From Acidimicrobiales bacterium (GTDB taxonomy: Bacteria > Actinomycetota > Actinomycetes > Mycobacteriales > QHCE01), in assembly GCA_003243955.1 (NCBI GenBank), contig QHCE01000009.1, positions 5,225 through 69,224 on the forward strand: 64,000 bases of DNA, given 5' to 3'. Position 1 is the first letter of the stretch. Every line of letters begins with the position of its first letter. A program made the position numbers and the translations under genes. The notes beneath the pieces are model-generated. The model made no database searches. It saw only the letters and a program-made list of their open reading frames with translations, and was not told the DNA's origin. Shown here piece after piece: positions 39,648-49,123 of this stretch.

Positions 39648-40673
39648 TCACCCAAAGAAGACCTCAGCTTCGGCCAAACGCTCCATCGGAACCGTCTTGA
39701 GCTCTCGCGTAGCTTCCTCCAACGGAACCCGGATGATGTCAGTACCGCGCAACGCAACCATCATGCCCCAGTTCCGGTCATGCGCGGCGTCGATGGCGTG
39801 CAGGCCAAATCGGGTGGCCAACACCCGATCGTAGGCGGTAGGTGAGCCACCACGCTGCACATGCCCAAGCACTACCGCGCGCGACTCTTTACCAGTCCGT
39901 TCCTCAATGGTTTGGGCAAGCCACTGGCCAATTCCACCGAGCCGAACGTGACCAAACGCATCCTTCTCCCCGCTGAGCAGCACCTCTGCTCCTTGGGCAG
40001 GCAAGGCACCTTCGGCTACCACCAGGATAGGCGAGTACTGGGTGGCGAACCGGCTCTCCACGTGCTTGATCACCATGTCTAGATCGAACGGACGTTCCGG
40101 CACCAAGATCACGTTCGCGCCTCCAGCAAGCCCGGCATGCAATGCTATCCATCCAGCGTGGCGCCCCATTACTTCCACCACCAGCGCGCGGTGATGGCTC
40201 TCTGCCGTGGTGTGCAACCGGTCGATGGCTTCCATACACACCGTCACCGCAGTGTCGAAACCGAAGGTGTAGTCCGTGGCGCCTAAGTCGTTGTCAATAG
40301 TCTTAGGCACACCGATGACCGGCAAACCCTCGTCAGTGAGGCGCTTGGCCACGCCAAGGGTGTCTTCCCCGCCGATAGCGATCAACGCGTCAATACCCGC
40401 GGTACTCACATTGCGTTTAATTCGATCCGCGCCGCCATCAACCTTGAACGGATTGGTCCTTGATGAGCCCAAAATTGTGCCACCCCGCGGCAAAATGCCC
40501 CGTACTTGCGGCACACCCAACGGCGTAGTGTTTAGCTCCAACGGCCCCCGCCAACCATCACGAAACCCAACGAACTCGTGACCATAAACGCCTACGCCTT
40601 TACGAACGACCGCTCGAATGACCGCGTTGAGCCCCGGACAGTCGCCACCACCCGTGAGTACCCCGATGCGCAT
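39648..40673 (-). CDS. pfkA: 6-phosphofructokinase
   Basis: MRIGVLTGGGDCPGLNAVIRAVV...IGGEDTLGVA...PKTIDNDL...MGRHAGWIAL. Confidence 0.92.
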   Translation of the reverse strand: MRIGVLTGGGDCPGLNAVIRAVVRKGVGVYGHEFVGFRDGWRGPLELNTTPLGVPQVRGILPRGGTILGSSRTNPFKVDGGADRIKRNVSTAGIDALIAIGGEDTLGVAKRLTDEGLPVIGVPKTIDNDLGATDYTFGFDTAVTVCMEAIDRLHTTAESHHRALVVEVMGRHAGWIALHAGLAGGANVILVPERPFDLDMVIKHVESRFATQYSPILVVAEGALPAQGAEVLLSGEKDAFGHVRLGGIGQWLAQTIEERTGKESRAVVLGHVQRGGSPTAYDRVLATRFGLHAIDAAHDRNWGMMVALRGTDIIRVPLEEATRELKTVPMERLAEAEVFFG

Positions 40674-40776
40674 GAATCCGTTACTCCTTCATAGTTAGGT
40701 CTAGACCGATATGGATCGATACCGCACAGCTTGCCACTAACGTCGATTACGAGTTCCGCCGGGCGTTAAAGGGTAT

Positions 40777-40946
40777 CTAGTGTTGTGTAATCGATATCGT
40801 CGTGTGTGTGCTGGGGCTCAGGCGGCGCCTCGCGGCGTTGTCGAAATTTCGGAGGTAGGACACCGCTACCTGAAAATTCTCCGCCTTGCGATCCATCCAC
40901 CTGAACAACCAGCACCCAGAACGGAACATCGATTACACAACACTAG
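40777..40946. other. 170-nt long imperfect hairpin with perfect 19-bp termini (single copy). It could be a 6S-like ncRNA or a MITE-like palindrome.
   Basis: The termini are CTAGTGTTGTGTAATCGAT (40777-40795) / ATCGATTACACAACACTAG (40928-40946). The inner helices are GTGCTGG/CCAGCAC and TCAGG/CCTGA, and the apex is GGTAG-gacaccg-CTACC centred at 40862. Confidence 0.5.
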
Positions 40947-41056
40947 TGCCGTGCCGGGCGGCGGGAAAATTCCGCAGAGCTCGAAAAAAACATGCCCCCA
41001 AGTTTCGCCAAGCTCACGTCAGCTGAGTAACAAATCTGCAAGGATCACTACCACTA

Positions 41057-41232
41057 AGAGGTCGCGCGGGTTGGTCGTTCGTAGCGAGGGCGAAGTTGGC
41101 TAGCGCAGTCCTGGTCGAGGATGGCAAGGCGGAGGAGGAGTTCATGCTGGATGCATGGGCGACGACGACAACACAGCCAGGCGAAGTGCCAGGGGACACC
41201 GCAGTAGAACAGCACCAATCCGCGCGACCTCT
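41057..41232 (+). repeat. Family-1 structured repeat, copy 3
   Basis: It has the same termini and right half as copy 1. The left arm carries a different or inserted segment (GCGAGGGCGAAGTTGGCTAGCGCAGTCCTGG). Confidence 0.78.
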
Positions 41233-41314
41233 CAGCTAAGAGTGTCCAACCTAATTCATGCGGCGCGCATCTGTCGGATAGTGATTGCCGCCAACGGGTG
41301 CGAAAGGATCGGGT

Positions 41315-42397
41315 ATGCAACGCGGCAGCCCACGTATTCCTCCAGTGCTGCGGCGTGGCACGAACCCGATCAATCATCTAGCGGGCGGGCGTCGTCGGCT
41401 ATCTCGTCCATTGGCGGAGGCGCTGCCGGCCGACAAACCGTACTTTTCGGCCTGGACACCCAGCCGAGCGCGAACTGTGGCAAAGCTTCTGGCTGGTCAG
41501 CTCGGCTTCTCCGGCGAGCCGGAGCTACTCCGGCACGGGAACAGCTCGCGCTTTCAACTCGGCGACACCACCGCTAAGCTCACCAACCCCGAATGTACCA
41601 GCCCCGAGGATGTGCAACGGGAGCTGGATTTTGCGCAGCTGTGCCATGACAGTGGCGCGCCAGTACTTACACCGCGGGAGAACACGGTCCGCACGGTCAC
41701 ACAAGGCGGCGAACAGTTCGCCGCCACGTTATGGCCGCATATCCCCGAGGCCGACAAGTCCGCAGACCCATTCCAAGCCGGTCAAGTGCTGGCGACGCTT
41801 CATCAGCTACGGCTGAACACTTCTATTGCCCAGAAGTTGGCCCCGGTCGACCCATGCCGAGTCATCGCACAGTTCATCGATCTGATCACGCCTGTAGCCA
41901 CCTCAGCCGAGCGTACGCTCCTACGCGAGCGTGCCCAGCTTGCGCGTGCAGCCTGGGGCGAGCTCGCCAGTCATCGCGGTCTACCGCAAGTGCCCGTGCA
42001 CCTGAATCATCACGATTCCAGCATCACCGGCAGCCCCCTACATGACGGCAAGCCCGGACCATGGATCGTTAACACTGAATGCTCAGGCCTTGGGCCAGCT
42101 GAGCTGGATCTGCTGCGTGTGCAGCTGCGAGTAGATCGCTTCGGAGCCTCGCCACATATCGTTGACGATTTCCGTGCGGGCTACGCCGCGGTAGCCGGCA
42201 CGGAGGCGCTAAGCGATTGTCCTGAGCTGCTGCGCACTCTGCGCTGCGTGTGGGAGCCGTTCGTGATCGCGGAGCGCTGCTCGGAGTTGGTATATGACGA
42301 GCCTGAGCTGGAGGCAGAGTTCCATATTCGGATAGACAGCCTGCGCTATGAACCAGACGATCCGCACGCGCAGCAGTGGACCCACGTAGCTCACTAA
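41315..42397 (+). CDS. Phosphotransferase (APH/choline-kinase-like) fold protein with degenerate catalytic motifs
   Basis: ATG 41315 follows RBS AAAGGA. The pattern IVNTECSGLGPAELDL resembles the APH motif xIDWExAxxGxPxxDL, and VHLNHHD stands where HGD..N is expected. The family call is weak. Confidence 0.4.
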   Translation: MQRGSPRIPPVLRRGTNPINHLAGGRRRLSRPLAEALPADKPYFSAWTPSRARTVAKLLAGQLGFSGEPELLRHGNSSRFQLGDTTAKLTNPECTSPEDVQRELDFAQLCHDSGAPVLTPRENTVRTVTQGGEQFAATLWPHIPEADKSADPFQAGQVLATLHQLRLNTSIAQKLAPVDPCRVIAQFIDLITPVATSAERTLLRERAQLARAAWGELASHRGLPQVPVHLNHHDSSITGSPLHDGKPGPWIVNTECSGLGPAELDLLRVQLRVDRFGASPHIVDDFRAGYAAVAGTEALSDCPELLRTLRCVWEPFVIAERCSELVYDEPELEAEFHIRIDSLRYEPDDPHAQQWTHVAH

Positions 42398-42400
42398 GCG

Positions 42401-43078
42401 TTACGGAAGTTTCCAGTCAATAGGCGTAGCGCCTTGCTCGATCAGAGCTTGATTGGCGCGGCTAAATGGTCGCGAACCGAAAAACCCACGATCTGCCGAC
42501 ATCGGACTCGGGTGGGCACTGGCAATGATTGCGGTCTCGCCCAACGCCGGCTGCAGAGACTGCGCATCGCGCCCCCACAGGATCGCTACCAGCGGCACCT
42601 TGCGCTCGACCAGAACCTTAATGGCAGCATCAGTGACCTGCTCCCAACCTTTACCGCGATGTGAAGCCGGAGTGCCAGGGCGTACCGTAAGCACTCGGTT
42701 GAGCAGCAGAACTCCGTGCTCGCTCCAGGGAGTCAAATCTCCGCTGCTTGGACGTGGGTAGCCCAGATCCGCGACGTACTCGGTAAAAATGTTGCGCAGG
42801 CTGCCGGGCAGGGTGCGGACGTGCGAGGCAACAGAGAACGACAGCCCGATCGGATGTCCTGGAGTCGGGTACGGATCTTGACCGACAATAAGAACTTTGG
42901 TCTGCGCCAGCGGTGCGCTAAACGCCCGCAGTACGTTTTTTCCAGCGGGAAGGTACTCCCGGCCTTCGGCGATCTCAGTCCGCAGAAACTGGCCCATAGC
43001 CGCGATCTGCTCGGCCACTGGTTCAAGCTTGCGAGCCCAACTCGGGTGAATCAGCTCGGTGAGTGGTTGGGGGGTCAT
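42401..43078 (-). CDS. ung: Uracil-DNA glycosylase (family 1)
   Basis: It has motifs [16 protein letters not shown] and SAHPSPMS. Confidence 0.92.
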   Translation of the reverse strand: MTPQPLTELIHPSWARKLEPVAEQIAAMGQFLRTEIAEGREYLPAGKNVLRAFSAPLAQTKVLIVGQDPYPTPGHPIGLSFSVASHVRTLPGSLRNIFTEYVADLGYPRPSSGDLTPWSEHGVLLLNRVLTVRPGTPASHRGKGWEQVTDAAIKVLVERKVPLVAILWGRDAQSLQPALGETAIIASAHPSPMSADRGFFGSRPFSRANQALIEQGATPIDWKLP

Positions 43079-43104
43079 GGCAAAGAGTCAATCACGCCAA
43101 GGAA

Positions 43105-43851
43105 TTAACCACGCCAACGAGTGTGGGCTAACAGCACGGCCGCGGCAGCGGCACCCGCGGTGGAAGTGCGTAATACCTGATCGCCAAGCCGCACCGCCGT
43201 AGCCCCAACCTCAGAGAATGTCTCTAGCTCCGTCTCAGTGATCCCACCTTCCGGGCCTACCACCACGGCAATCTGGCCACAGCTGGGAAATGGGCCGCTG
43301 GCAAACCGGCGGAGTGCGGACTCATACAGCACAAAAGCCGAGTCGCTAGCCTGGAGCAGCTGAGCTACCTCGACAGTCCCAGCCAACGGCGCAATCCTCG
43401 GAAAGTGCACGCGACGCGATTGCTTGGCTGCTTCGCGGGCAGTGTCGGACCACCGTGCCAGCGCTTTTTGGGCTTTGTCGCCATCTGGCTCGCCCCACCG
43501 CGCGATACAGCGCTGGGCAGCCCAGGGCACGATTTCGTCGACCCCAAGCTCGGTCAGCAGCTCGACGGCACGCTCAGCGCGATCACCTTTCGCGAGCGCC
43601 TGCACCACCACGATACGAGGACTAGGCACTGCGTGCTCAGCCGCTTCCCCGACTTCCAGAACAAGCCGATCGCGCAATACGGCAGTTACGGTTGCCGACG
43701 CGTACCGGCCATGACCATCAGTGAGCAGCAACTGCTCGCTAACTCGAAGGCGCCGAACCCGCGCGGCATGGTGACCTTCCGGACCGTCCAAAACCCCAGC
43801 ACCTCGCGGCGGTATGGGGTTTGCGTAGAACACTGGCTTACTAGTGGCCAT
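43105..43851 (-). CDS. rsmE: 16S rRNA (uracil1498-N3)-methyltransferase
   Basis: It is 248 aa with the C-terminal SPOUT-like motif VVVGPEGGITETE...LGDQVLRTSTA, downstream of dnaJ as in hrcA-dnaJ-rsmE clusters. Confidence 0.85.
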   Translation of the reverse strand: MATSKPVFYANPIPPRGAGVLDGPEGHHAARVRRLRVSEQLLLTDGHGRYASATVTAVLRDRLVLEVGEAAEHAVPSPRIVVVQALAKGDRAERAVELLTELGVDEIVPWAAQRCIARWGEPDGDKAQKALARWSDTAREAAKQSRRVHFPRIAPLAGTVEVAQLLQASDSAFVLYESALRRFASGPFPSCGQIAVVVGPEGGITETELETFSEVGATAVRLGDQVLRTSTAGAAAAAVLLAHTRWRG

Positions 43852-43890
43852 TGGTTTTAGTGGCTACTGATTCTGATGGCCACTGACTCT

Positions 43891-45048
43891 CTAATGACCA
43901 TTGAGCGCGTCACGCATTTTGGACAGAAACCCACCGGCTTGCCGGATAGGCTCAGGACGCTCCTCGTCGCGCAGTCGCGCTAGGTCACGGATCAGTTTCT
44001 CCTGCTCCGGGTCGAGCTTGGTAGGCGTTTTGACTTCAAGGTGTATGTGCAAATCACCGCGTCCAGCGCTACGGAGATGCGGCACTCCACGCGCCCGAAT
44101 CCGTACCACGGCACCTGACTGAGTTCCGGATTTGATGTCAATCGCTTCTTCGCCATCCAGCGTCTTTAATGTTACCCGGGCACCAAGTGCGGCCGCTGTC
44201 ATCGGCAACGAAACCCGGCAATGCAGATCATCGCCCTTGCGGGTGAACACATCATGGGGCCGTTGATGCACTTCCACATACAGGTCTCCAGGAGGGCCGC
44301 CACCAGGACCGACCTCGCTCTCGCCAGCTAGTCGGATGCGCATGCCGTCTTCCACCCCGGCGGGCACCTTCACTCGCAGCGCTCGGCGCTCCCGTACTCG
44401 ACCTTCGCCGCCGCAGGGTTGGCAAGGGTGCTCGATGATCGTGCCGAACCCTTGACACGCCGCGCACGGACGCGAAGTGATCACTTGGCCAAGTAGCGAA
44501 CGCTGCACGCTTTGTATCTCGCCTCGGCCACCACACGTCTGGCACGTGTGCGGGTGCCTACCCGGTTCGGTCCCCGCACCAGCGCACACAGCACACACCA
44601 CCGCGGTATCTACGGTGAGCTCGCGGTTGACCCCAAACGTGGTCTCCGACAGCTCCAAGTCCAGCTTGATCAGCGCGTCAGCACCCGGGCGCGTTCGTGA
44701 TCGAGGCCCGCGCGAACGCGCGGCACCACCGTTGAAGAAGGTATCCATGATGTCTTGGAAACCCATCCCAAACGGGCCGCTATCGGCTCCGCCGTTCATA
44801 CCCGACTGCGCCAACGGATCGCCGCCCAGGTCTACGATCTCACGCTTTGCCGGGTCAGATAGCACCTCATAAGCCGTCGATACTTCGGCGAATCGCTCCT
44901 GAGCATCCGCATCGGAGCTCACGTCCGGATGCAACTGGCGGGCAAGCTTGCGATACGCGCGCTTGATCTCCTCAGGTGTGGCATCCCGGCGCACACCCAA
45001 TAGGCCGTAGTAGTCTTTGGCCGCTGTGCTCATAGTCTCACTCGTCAC
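43891..45048 (-). CDS. dnaJ: Chaperone DnaJ
   Basis: It has a J domain (DYYGLLGV...AYRKLARQLHPD), a G-rich linker and four CxxCxG zinc motifs. An alternative start is ATG 45033. Confidence 0.92.
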   Translation of the reverse strand: MTSETMSTAAKDYYGLLGVRRDATPEEIKRAYRKLARQLHPDVSSDADAQERFAEVSTAYEVLSDPAKREIVDLGGDPLAQSGMNGGADSGPFGMGFQDIMDTFFNGGAARSRGPRSRTRPGADALIKLDLELSETTFGVNRELTVDTAVVCAVCAGAGTEPGRHPHTCQTCGGRGEIQSVQRSLLGQVITSRPCAACQGFGTIIEHPCQPCGGEGRVRERRALRVKVPAGVEDGMRIRLAGESEVGPGGGPPGDLYVEVHQRPHDVFTRKGDDLHCRVSLPMTAAALGARVTLKTLDGEEAIDIKSGTQSGAVVRIRARGVPHLRSAGRGDLHIHLEVKTPTKLDPEQEKLIRDLARLRDEERPEPIRQAGGFLSKMRDALNGH

Positions 45049-45088
45049 CTGAAATAGATTGTTGCCAAATCAGCTTGAACCGGACACT

Positions 45089-46111
45089 CTAATTGTCCAC
45101 CAAAACCTGGCCCACATAGCGGGCGACCGCGCGCACCGCACTGATGGTGCCCGGATAGTCCATTCTCGTGGGGCCTAGCACCCCGAGCCCCGCGTAAACA
45201 GTACTTCCAGAACCATAACCGGTGCTGACAACCGAGGCCTCGCGTAGCCCCTCAACGGAATTCTCTCCGCCTATACAAATACGTAGCGCACTGGGCTCGC
45301 TGAGCTCACCGAGCAGCTTGAGCAGCACGACATGTTCTTCCAGTGCCTCTAAAATCGGATACACGGAGCTACCTAGTTGCCATGCTTCTCGAGTCAAGTT
45401 CGCGGTTCCAGCGAGCATGACCCGCTCCTCGGGCTGCTCCAGCACGGTTTCGGCCAGCACCGTCGATAGCGTAGCCATGGACGGACGCAACTGCGGCGGC
45501 GATTGGGCCACCAGCTGTTCCACTTCGGTCACGATGTCGGCCAGGGGCTGGCCAACAAGCGCCCCATTGATCGCATCCCGCAGGACACTGACGTCAGCTA
45601 ACTGCAGCGGCTGATCGAACTCGATAGTGCGCTGCTCAACCCGACCAGTGTCAGTGATCAACACCGTCAGCAACCGCTGCGCCGACAGTGGCACTAGTTC
45701 TACGTGCCGGACGTTACTGCGAGTAAGACGCGGATATTGCACAACGGCAACCTGCCGAGTGAGCTGCGCCAACATGCGGACGGTGCGTGCCACTACGTCG
45801 TCGAGATCTACCGCGCCTTCCAAGAACTGACTGATCGCTCGGCGTTCGGCGCTCGAGAGCGGCTTCACAGTTGAAAGCCGATCTACAAATAGGCGATATC
45901 CCTTGTCGGTGGGAACCCGACCCGCACTGGTGTGGGGCTGGTAGATGTAACCTTCCTCCTCCAGCAAGGCCATGTCATTTCGTACCGTGGCCGAAGAGAC
46001 CCCCAATTGGTGACGGGAGGCTAGTGCCTTGCTACCGACCGGCTCATTGGTGGAAACGTAGTCTTCAACTATGGCTTTGAGTACGTCGAGTTTACGCTCA
46101 TCTAGCGGCAC
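45089..46111 (-). CDS. hrcA: Heat-inducible transcription repressor HrcA
   Basis: The N-terminus reads [29 protein letters not shown] chose GTG 46111, preceded by GAGGGGAGG. The track ORF extends to 46267 with non-homologous sequence. Confidence 0.88.
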   Translation of the reverse strand: MPLDERKLDVLKAIVEDYVSTNEPVGSKALASRHQLGVSSATVRNDMALLEEEGYIYQPHTSAGRVPTDKGYRLFVDRLSTVKPLSSAERRAISQFLEGAVDLDDVVARTVRMLAQLTRQVAVVQYPRLTRSNVRHVELVPLSAQRLLTVLITDTGRVEQRTIEFDQPLQLADVSVLRDAINGALVGQPLADIVTEVEQLVAQSPPQLRPSMATLSTVLAETVLEQPEERVMLAGTANLTREAWQLGSSVYPILEALEEHVVLLKLLGELSEPSALRICIGGENSVEGLREASVVSTGYGSGSTVYAGLGVLGPTRMDYPGTISAVRAVARYVGQVLVDN

Positions 46112-46171
46112 GCAACCTCCCCTCTTCACGGGTTCGTCTTGTGGTACTGAAACGGCATTTGAGTGGCCCTG

Positions 46172-46199
46172 ATGGCATTCGAACGGTATTGAGTGCCAA
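46172..46199. promoter_or_regulatory. Degenerate CIRCE-like inverted repeat upstream of hrcA
   Basis: ATGGCATTC-N10-GAGTGCCAA compared with the CIRCE consensus TTAGCACTC-N9-GAGTGCTAA. The right half matches 8/9, the left half about 6/9, and the spacer is one nt too long. Confidence 0.3.
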
Positions 46200-46237
46200 G
46201 CATACGTGGAGTAAGGCTTTTCCGTAGGCTGTCGGTC

Positions 46238-46807
46238 ATGAATCAAGATCGGGAACCACAAGCACACCCCGAGCCAGATCTCGGAGCCACCGGGAACCGT
46301 AGCCCCACTGAGCAGCCTAACCTCGAACAGCTCAACCTCGAGCAGCCCAACTTCAGACCAGGATTACTGCCGCTCTCGCGGACCGCTACTCCGGAATCCG
46401 TCCGGCAGCCTGCTTTGGGAATGCCCCCAACGCCTCCGGTGCCCGTATCTGAAGAGGACCAGCGCTGGAGCCTGATTGCACACTACGGCGCTAGCGCTCT
46501 CCTGGTGCTTACCGTCGGTACCGTCGGCTGGCTGGCCGGCTTGGTCACCCTGTTTTTGAAGGGGAACTCACCTATAGTACGGGCTCATGCCGTGGAATCG
46601 ACGAACTTCCAACTTACCTGGGGAGTGTTCACTATCGTCGAGGTCGCGTTAGGTGTGCTCACTTCCTGGACCTGCTTCAGTGTGCTGCTTGCGCTGTCGG
46701 CGCTAATCTCCGGAGGATTTGCGTTCGTGTTCTCCATCATTGGGGGGTACCACGCCTCGCGCGGCGCGCTATATCGCTACCCGGTTAGCTTCCGCATCAT
46801 CCAGTGA
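46238..46807 (+). CDS. DUF4870-like small membrane protein with low-complexity N-terminus
   Basis: The C-terminal 3-4 TM region has the pattern [10 protein letters not shown]...[24 protein letters not shown] chose ATG 46238. Confidence 0.55.
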   Translation: MNQDREPQAHPEPDLGATGNRSPTEQPNLEQLNLEQPNFRPGLLPLSRTATPESVRQPALGMPPTPPVPVSEEDQRWSLIAHYGASALLVLTVGTVGWLAGLVTLFLKGNSPIVRAHAVESTNFQLTWGVFTIVEVALGVLTSWTCFSVLLALSALISGGFAFVFSIIGGYHASRGALYRYPVSFRIIQ

Positions 46808-46910
46808 GCCTGCCCCTATCCGCCTCCTGACAACTTCATAAAAGTTGCTGCCCTGTTAGAGCGTCCACCACTGAGCCGATTGTCGCTGATCTAACTCGAT
46901 CAACGAACGT

Positions 46911-47006
46911 GGCTCTGCCAAGGCCGCAGGAGCCGCCGGCCTACGAAGAAAGTGGAGCAAGGCGGCTCAAAACATGTAGAACGACGGCAGGGACCGATTG
47001 GTGCGC
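46911..47006 (+). repeat. Family-2 structured repeat, copy C
   Basis: GGCTCTGCCAAGGCCGCAGGAGCCGCCGGCCTACGAAG...GGCGGCTC...GTAGAACGACGGCAGGGACCGATTGGTGCGC. It lies between convergent genes and ends 3 nt before the hemW stop. Confidence 0.6.
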
Positions 47007-47008
47007 GC

Positions 47009-48313
47009 TCAAGGGTTCAGCTGAGCGAGGACGGTGTCAGCAAGTAGCCGACCGCGTAGCGTGAGGCAGGCGCGACCAGCGGTATATGCGTCGGGGCGGA
47101 GCAAACCGTCGGCCACGGCGAGCACTGCGCCGTCCTGGCCCGCGGCCTCCAGCTGGTGCAGCGGATATCCCTCTACAAGCCGCAACCGCAGCATCAGATC
47201 CTCATCGCGGCGCTGCCGCAGAGTGAGCAGCTCGCGAGCCTGTGCCGGTGAGCTACCTCCCGCCAACCGGGAAGCATAAGCGGCTGGGTGCTTTACATTC
47301 CACCAGCGCACACCACCCACGTGGCTATGCGCACCAGGACCAAGCCCCCACCAATTGCCGCCCCGCCAATACAGCTGATTGTGTCGACATCGATCCTCGC
47401 TCGTGCGGGCCCAGTTCGAGATTTCATACCAGCCCATCCCCGCCTCGCCGAGTATCTGTTCGGCGAGCAGATACCGGTCTGCCAGCGTGTCATGATCTGG
47501 GGCGGTCAACTCGCCACTACGCACTTGGCGCGCGAGCCGGGTTCCCGGCTCCACAGTAAGCGCATAGGCCGATATGTGATCGGGCTTAGCCGACACGGCT
47601 GTGCGCAAGGACTCCAGCCAATCGGTATCAGTCTCGGTGGGAGCACCGTAAATAAGATCTACATTCACGTGGGTAAATCCCGCTTGACGCGCCTGCGCGG
47701 CCGCGGCTACGGCGCGCCCAGGGGTATGGCGCCGGTCCAGTGTTGCCAGAACGTGCGGCATCGCGGACTGCATACCCAGCGAAATTCGAGTAAAACCAGC
47801 ATCTACCAGAGCAGCCAAACTGCTGAAGTCCACCGACTCCGGATTGGCTTCCGTGGACACCTCAGCGCCCGACGCGAGGCCAAAAACACTGTCCAGGCGA
47901 CGCAGAATCGTCGCCAAGTGCGATGCGGGTAACAATGTGGGGGTACCCCCACCGAAGAAGACCGTATCTATCTGCGGCAGCCGCGCCTCCGGCTTGGTGC
48001 CCAGCACCCGGCTGGCAAGCTCGATTTCGGCAAGCACGGCGCTGAGGTAGGAGTCGATGTCGGCCACGGTGCCTGTGGGGGCGGCGTGAGCTGCTAACTC
48101 GCTGAGCGTATAGGTGTTGAAGTCACAATATCCGCAGCGTGTAGCACAGTAGGGCACATGTACATAGACGCCGAAATGATCGGCGGGCTGACCCTGTTCC
48201 TCCCTTTGCACACCCTCCTCTCGCGCGTGCTCCCAGCGCAGTCCTGCTCGCGTGGACGTAGGCAAGCTGCCATCGCTGGGGGCTGGTTCACCTTCAGGTA
48301 GCTTTGCGGACAT
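47009..48313 (-). CDS. hemW: Radical SAM heme chaperone HemW / oxygen-independent coproporphyrinogen oxidase-like
   Basis: It has the motif GVYVHVPYCATRCGYCDFNTY (CxxxCxxC). The start is uncertain: ATG 48313 is chosen, GTG 48211 behind GAGAGGAGG is an alternative, and the track ORF runs to 48391. Confidence 0.8.
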   Translation of the reverse strand: MSAKLPEGEPAPSDGSLPTSTRAGLRWEHAREEGVQREEQGQPADHFGVYVHVPYCATRCGYCDFNTYTLSELAAHAAPTGTVADIDSYLSAVLAEIELASRVLGTKPEARLPQIDTVFFGGGTPTLLPASHLATILRRLDSVFGLASGAEVSTEANPESVDFSSLAALVDAGFTRISLGMQSAMPHVLATLDRRHTPGRAVAAAAQARQAGFTHVNVDLIYGAPTETDTDWLESLRTAVSAKPDHISAYALTVEPGTRLARQVRSGELTAPDHDTLADRYLLAEQILGEAGMGWYEISNWARTSEDRCRHNQLYWRGGNWWGLGPGAHSHVGGVRWWNVKHPAAYASRLAGGSSPAQARELLTLRQRRDEDLMLRLRLVEGYPLHQLEAAGQDGAVLAVADGLLRPDAYTAGRACLTLRGRLLADTVLAQLNP

Positions 48314-48346
48314 GGTTCTAGTCTGCTGGACAGTAATCTCTGAAGC

Positions 48347-49123
48347 ATGAACGCACTCGTGCACAGCAGAATTCGCGGGCCGATAGCTCACGTGACGCTA
48401 GATTCGCCTAGTAACCGCAATGCGCTTTCGGTAGAGCTGATCGAACAGCTATGTAGCACGCTGCGAAAACTGGGAGCTCAGCCAGCCGTGCGAGCGGTGG
48501 TGCTCAACCACACCGGGAGCACGTTCTGCTCCGGAGTCAATCTACGCGCCGCATCGAGCTGCATCGAGGGCGTCGCGGAGCTGCTTGCCACAGTCTGGGA
48601 ACATCCCGTTCCCGTGATCGCCGCCGTTTCCGGTGCGGTGCGCGGCGGAGGGCTTGGTCTACTCTGCGCTACCGACATCGTGGTGGCCAGTACCCAGAGC
48701 AGCTTCAGCTTCAGCGAAGTGCGGGTGGGGGTGGTACCTGGCACTATCTGGCCGCTGGTAGCAGGTCGCATCGCGGCATCGGCGCGCTACCTGCTTCTCA
48801 CCGGGGAGACATTTAATGCCACCCAAGCGCAGCACATCGGTTTGGTCACCGCCACGGTCAACCCGGAACAGCTCGATGACACCGTTGCCACCTACGCGTC
48901 AGCGGTACTTCAGGGGGCTCCCGGCGCGGTCATGGCCACCAAGCGGCTGTTGCGCACGGTGGATACCCGGTTACCCGCCGAGGGATCGCTACGCGAGTTA
49001 CTAAGACCACTAGCAGCGGCTTCGGGTGAGAAGTTTAATTTCACGGAGGCGCGCGAAGGCAGGGCAGCATTTGCCGATAAACGCAGTCCCAGCTGGGTAC
49101 CACATCCGCAGCAAGACACCTAA
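48347..49123 (+). CDS. Enoyl-CoA hydratase/isomerase (crotonase) family protein
   Basis: It has the crotonase-fold pattern VVLNHTGSTFCSGVNL...VIAAVSGAVRGGGLGLLCATDIVVA...F.F.EVRVGVVPG. Confidence 0.85.
   Translation: MNALVHSRIRGPIAHVTLDSPSNRNALSVELIEQLCSTLRKLGAQPAVRAVVLNHTGSTFCSGVNLRAASSCIEGVAELLATVWEHPVPVIAAVSGAVRGGGLGLLCATDIVVASTQSSFSFSEVRVGVVPGTIWPLVAGRIAASARYLLLTGETFNATQAQHIGLVTATVNPEQLDDTVATYASAVLQGAPGAVMATKRLLRTVDTRLPAEGSLRELLRPLAAASGEKFNFTEAREGRAAFADKRSPSWVPHPQQDT

Noticed and set aside
40780-41103. 107-aa ORF in the pfkA upstream gap, and other ORFs overlapping repeats (24451..24792-, 36931..37164+, 41054..41377-)
   Set aside because: These frames run through palindromic or repeat sequence, have no recognisable protein features, and differ between repeat copies by non-triplet indels.
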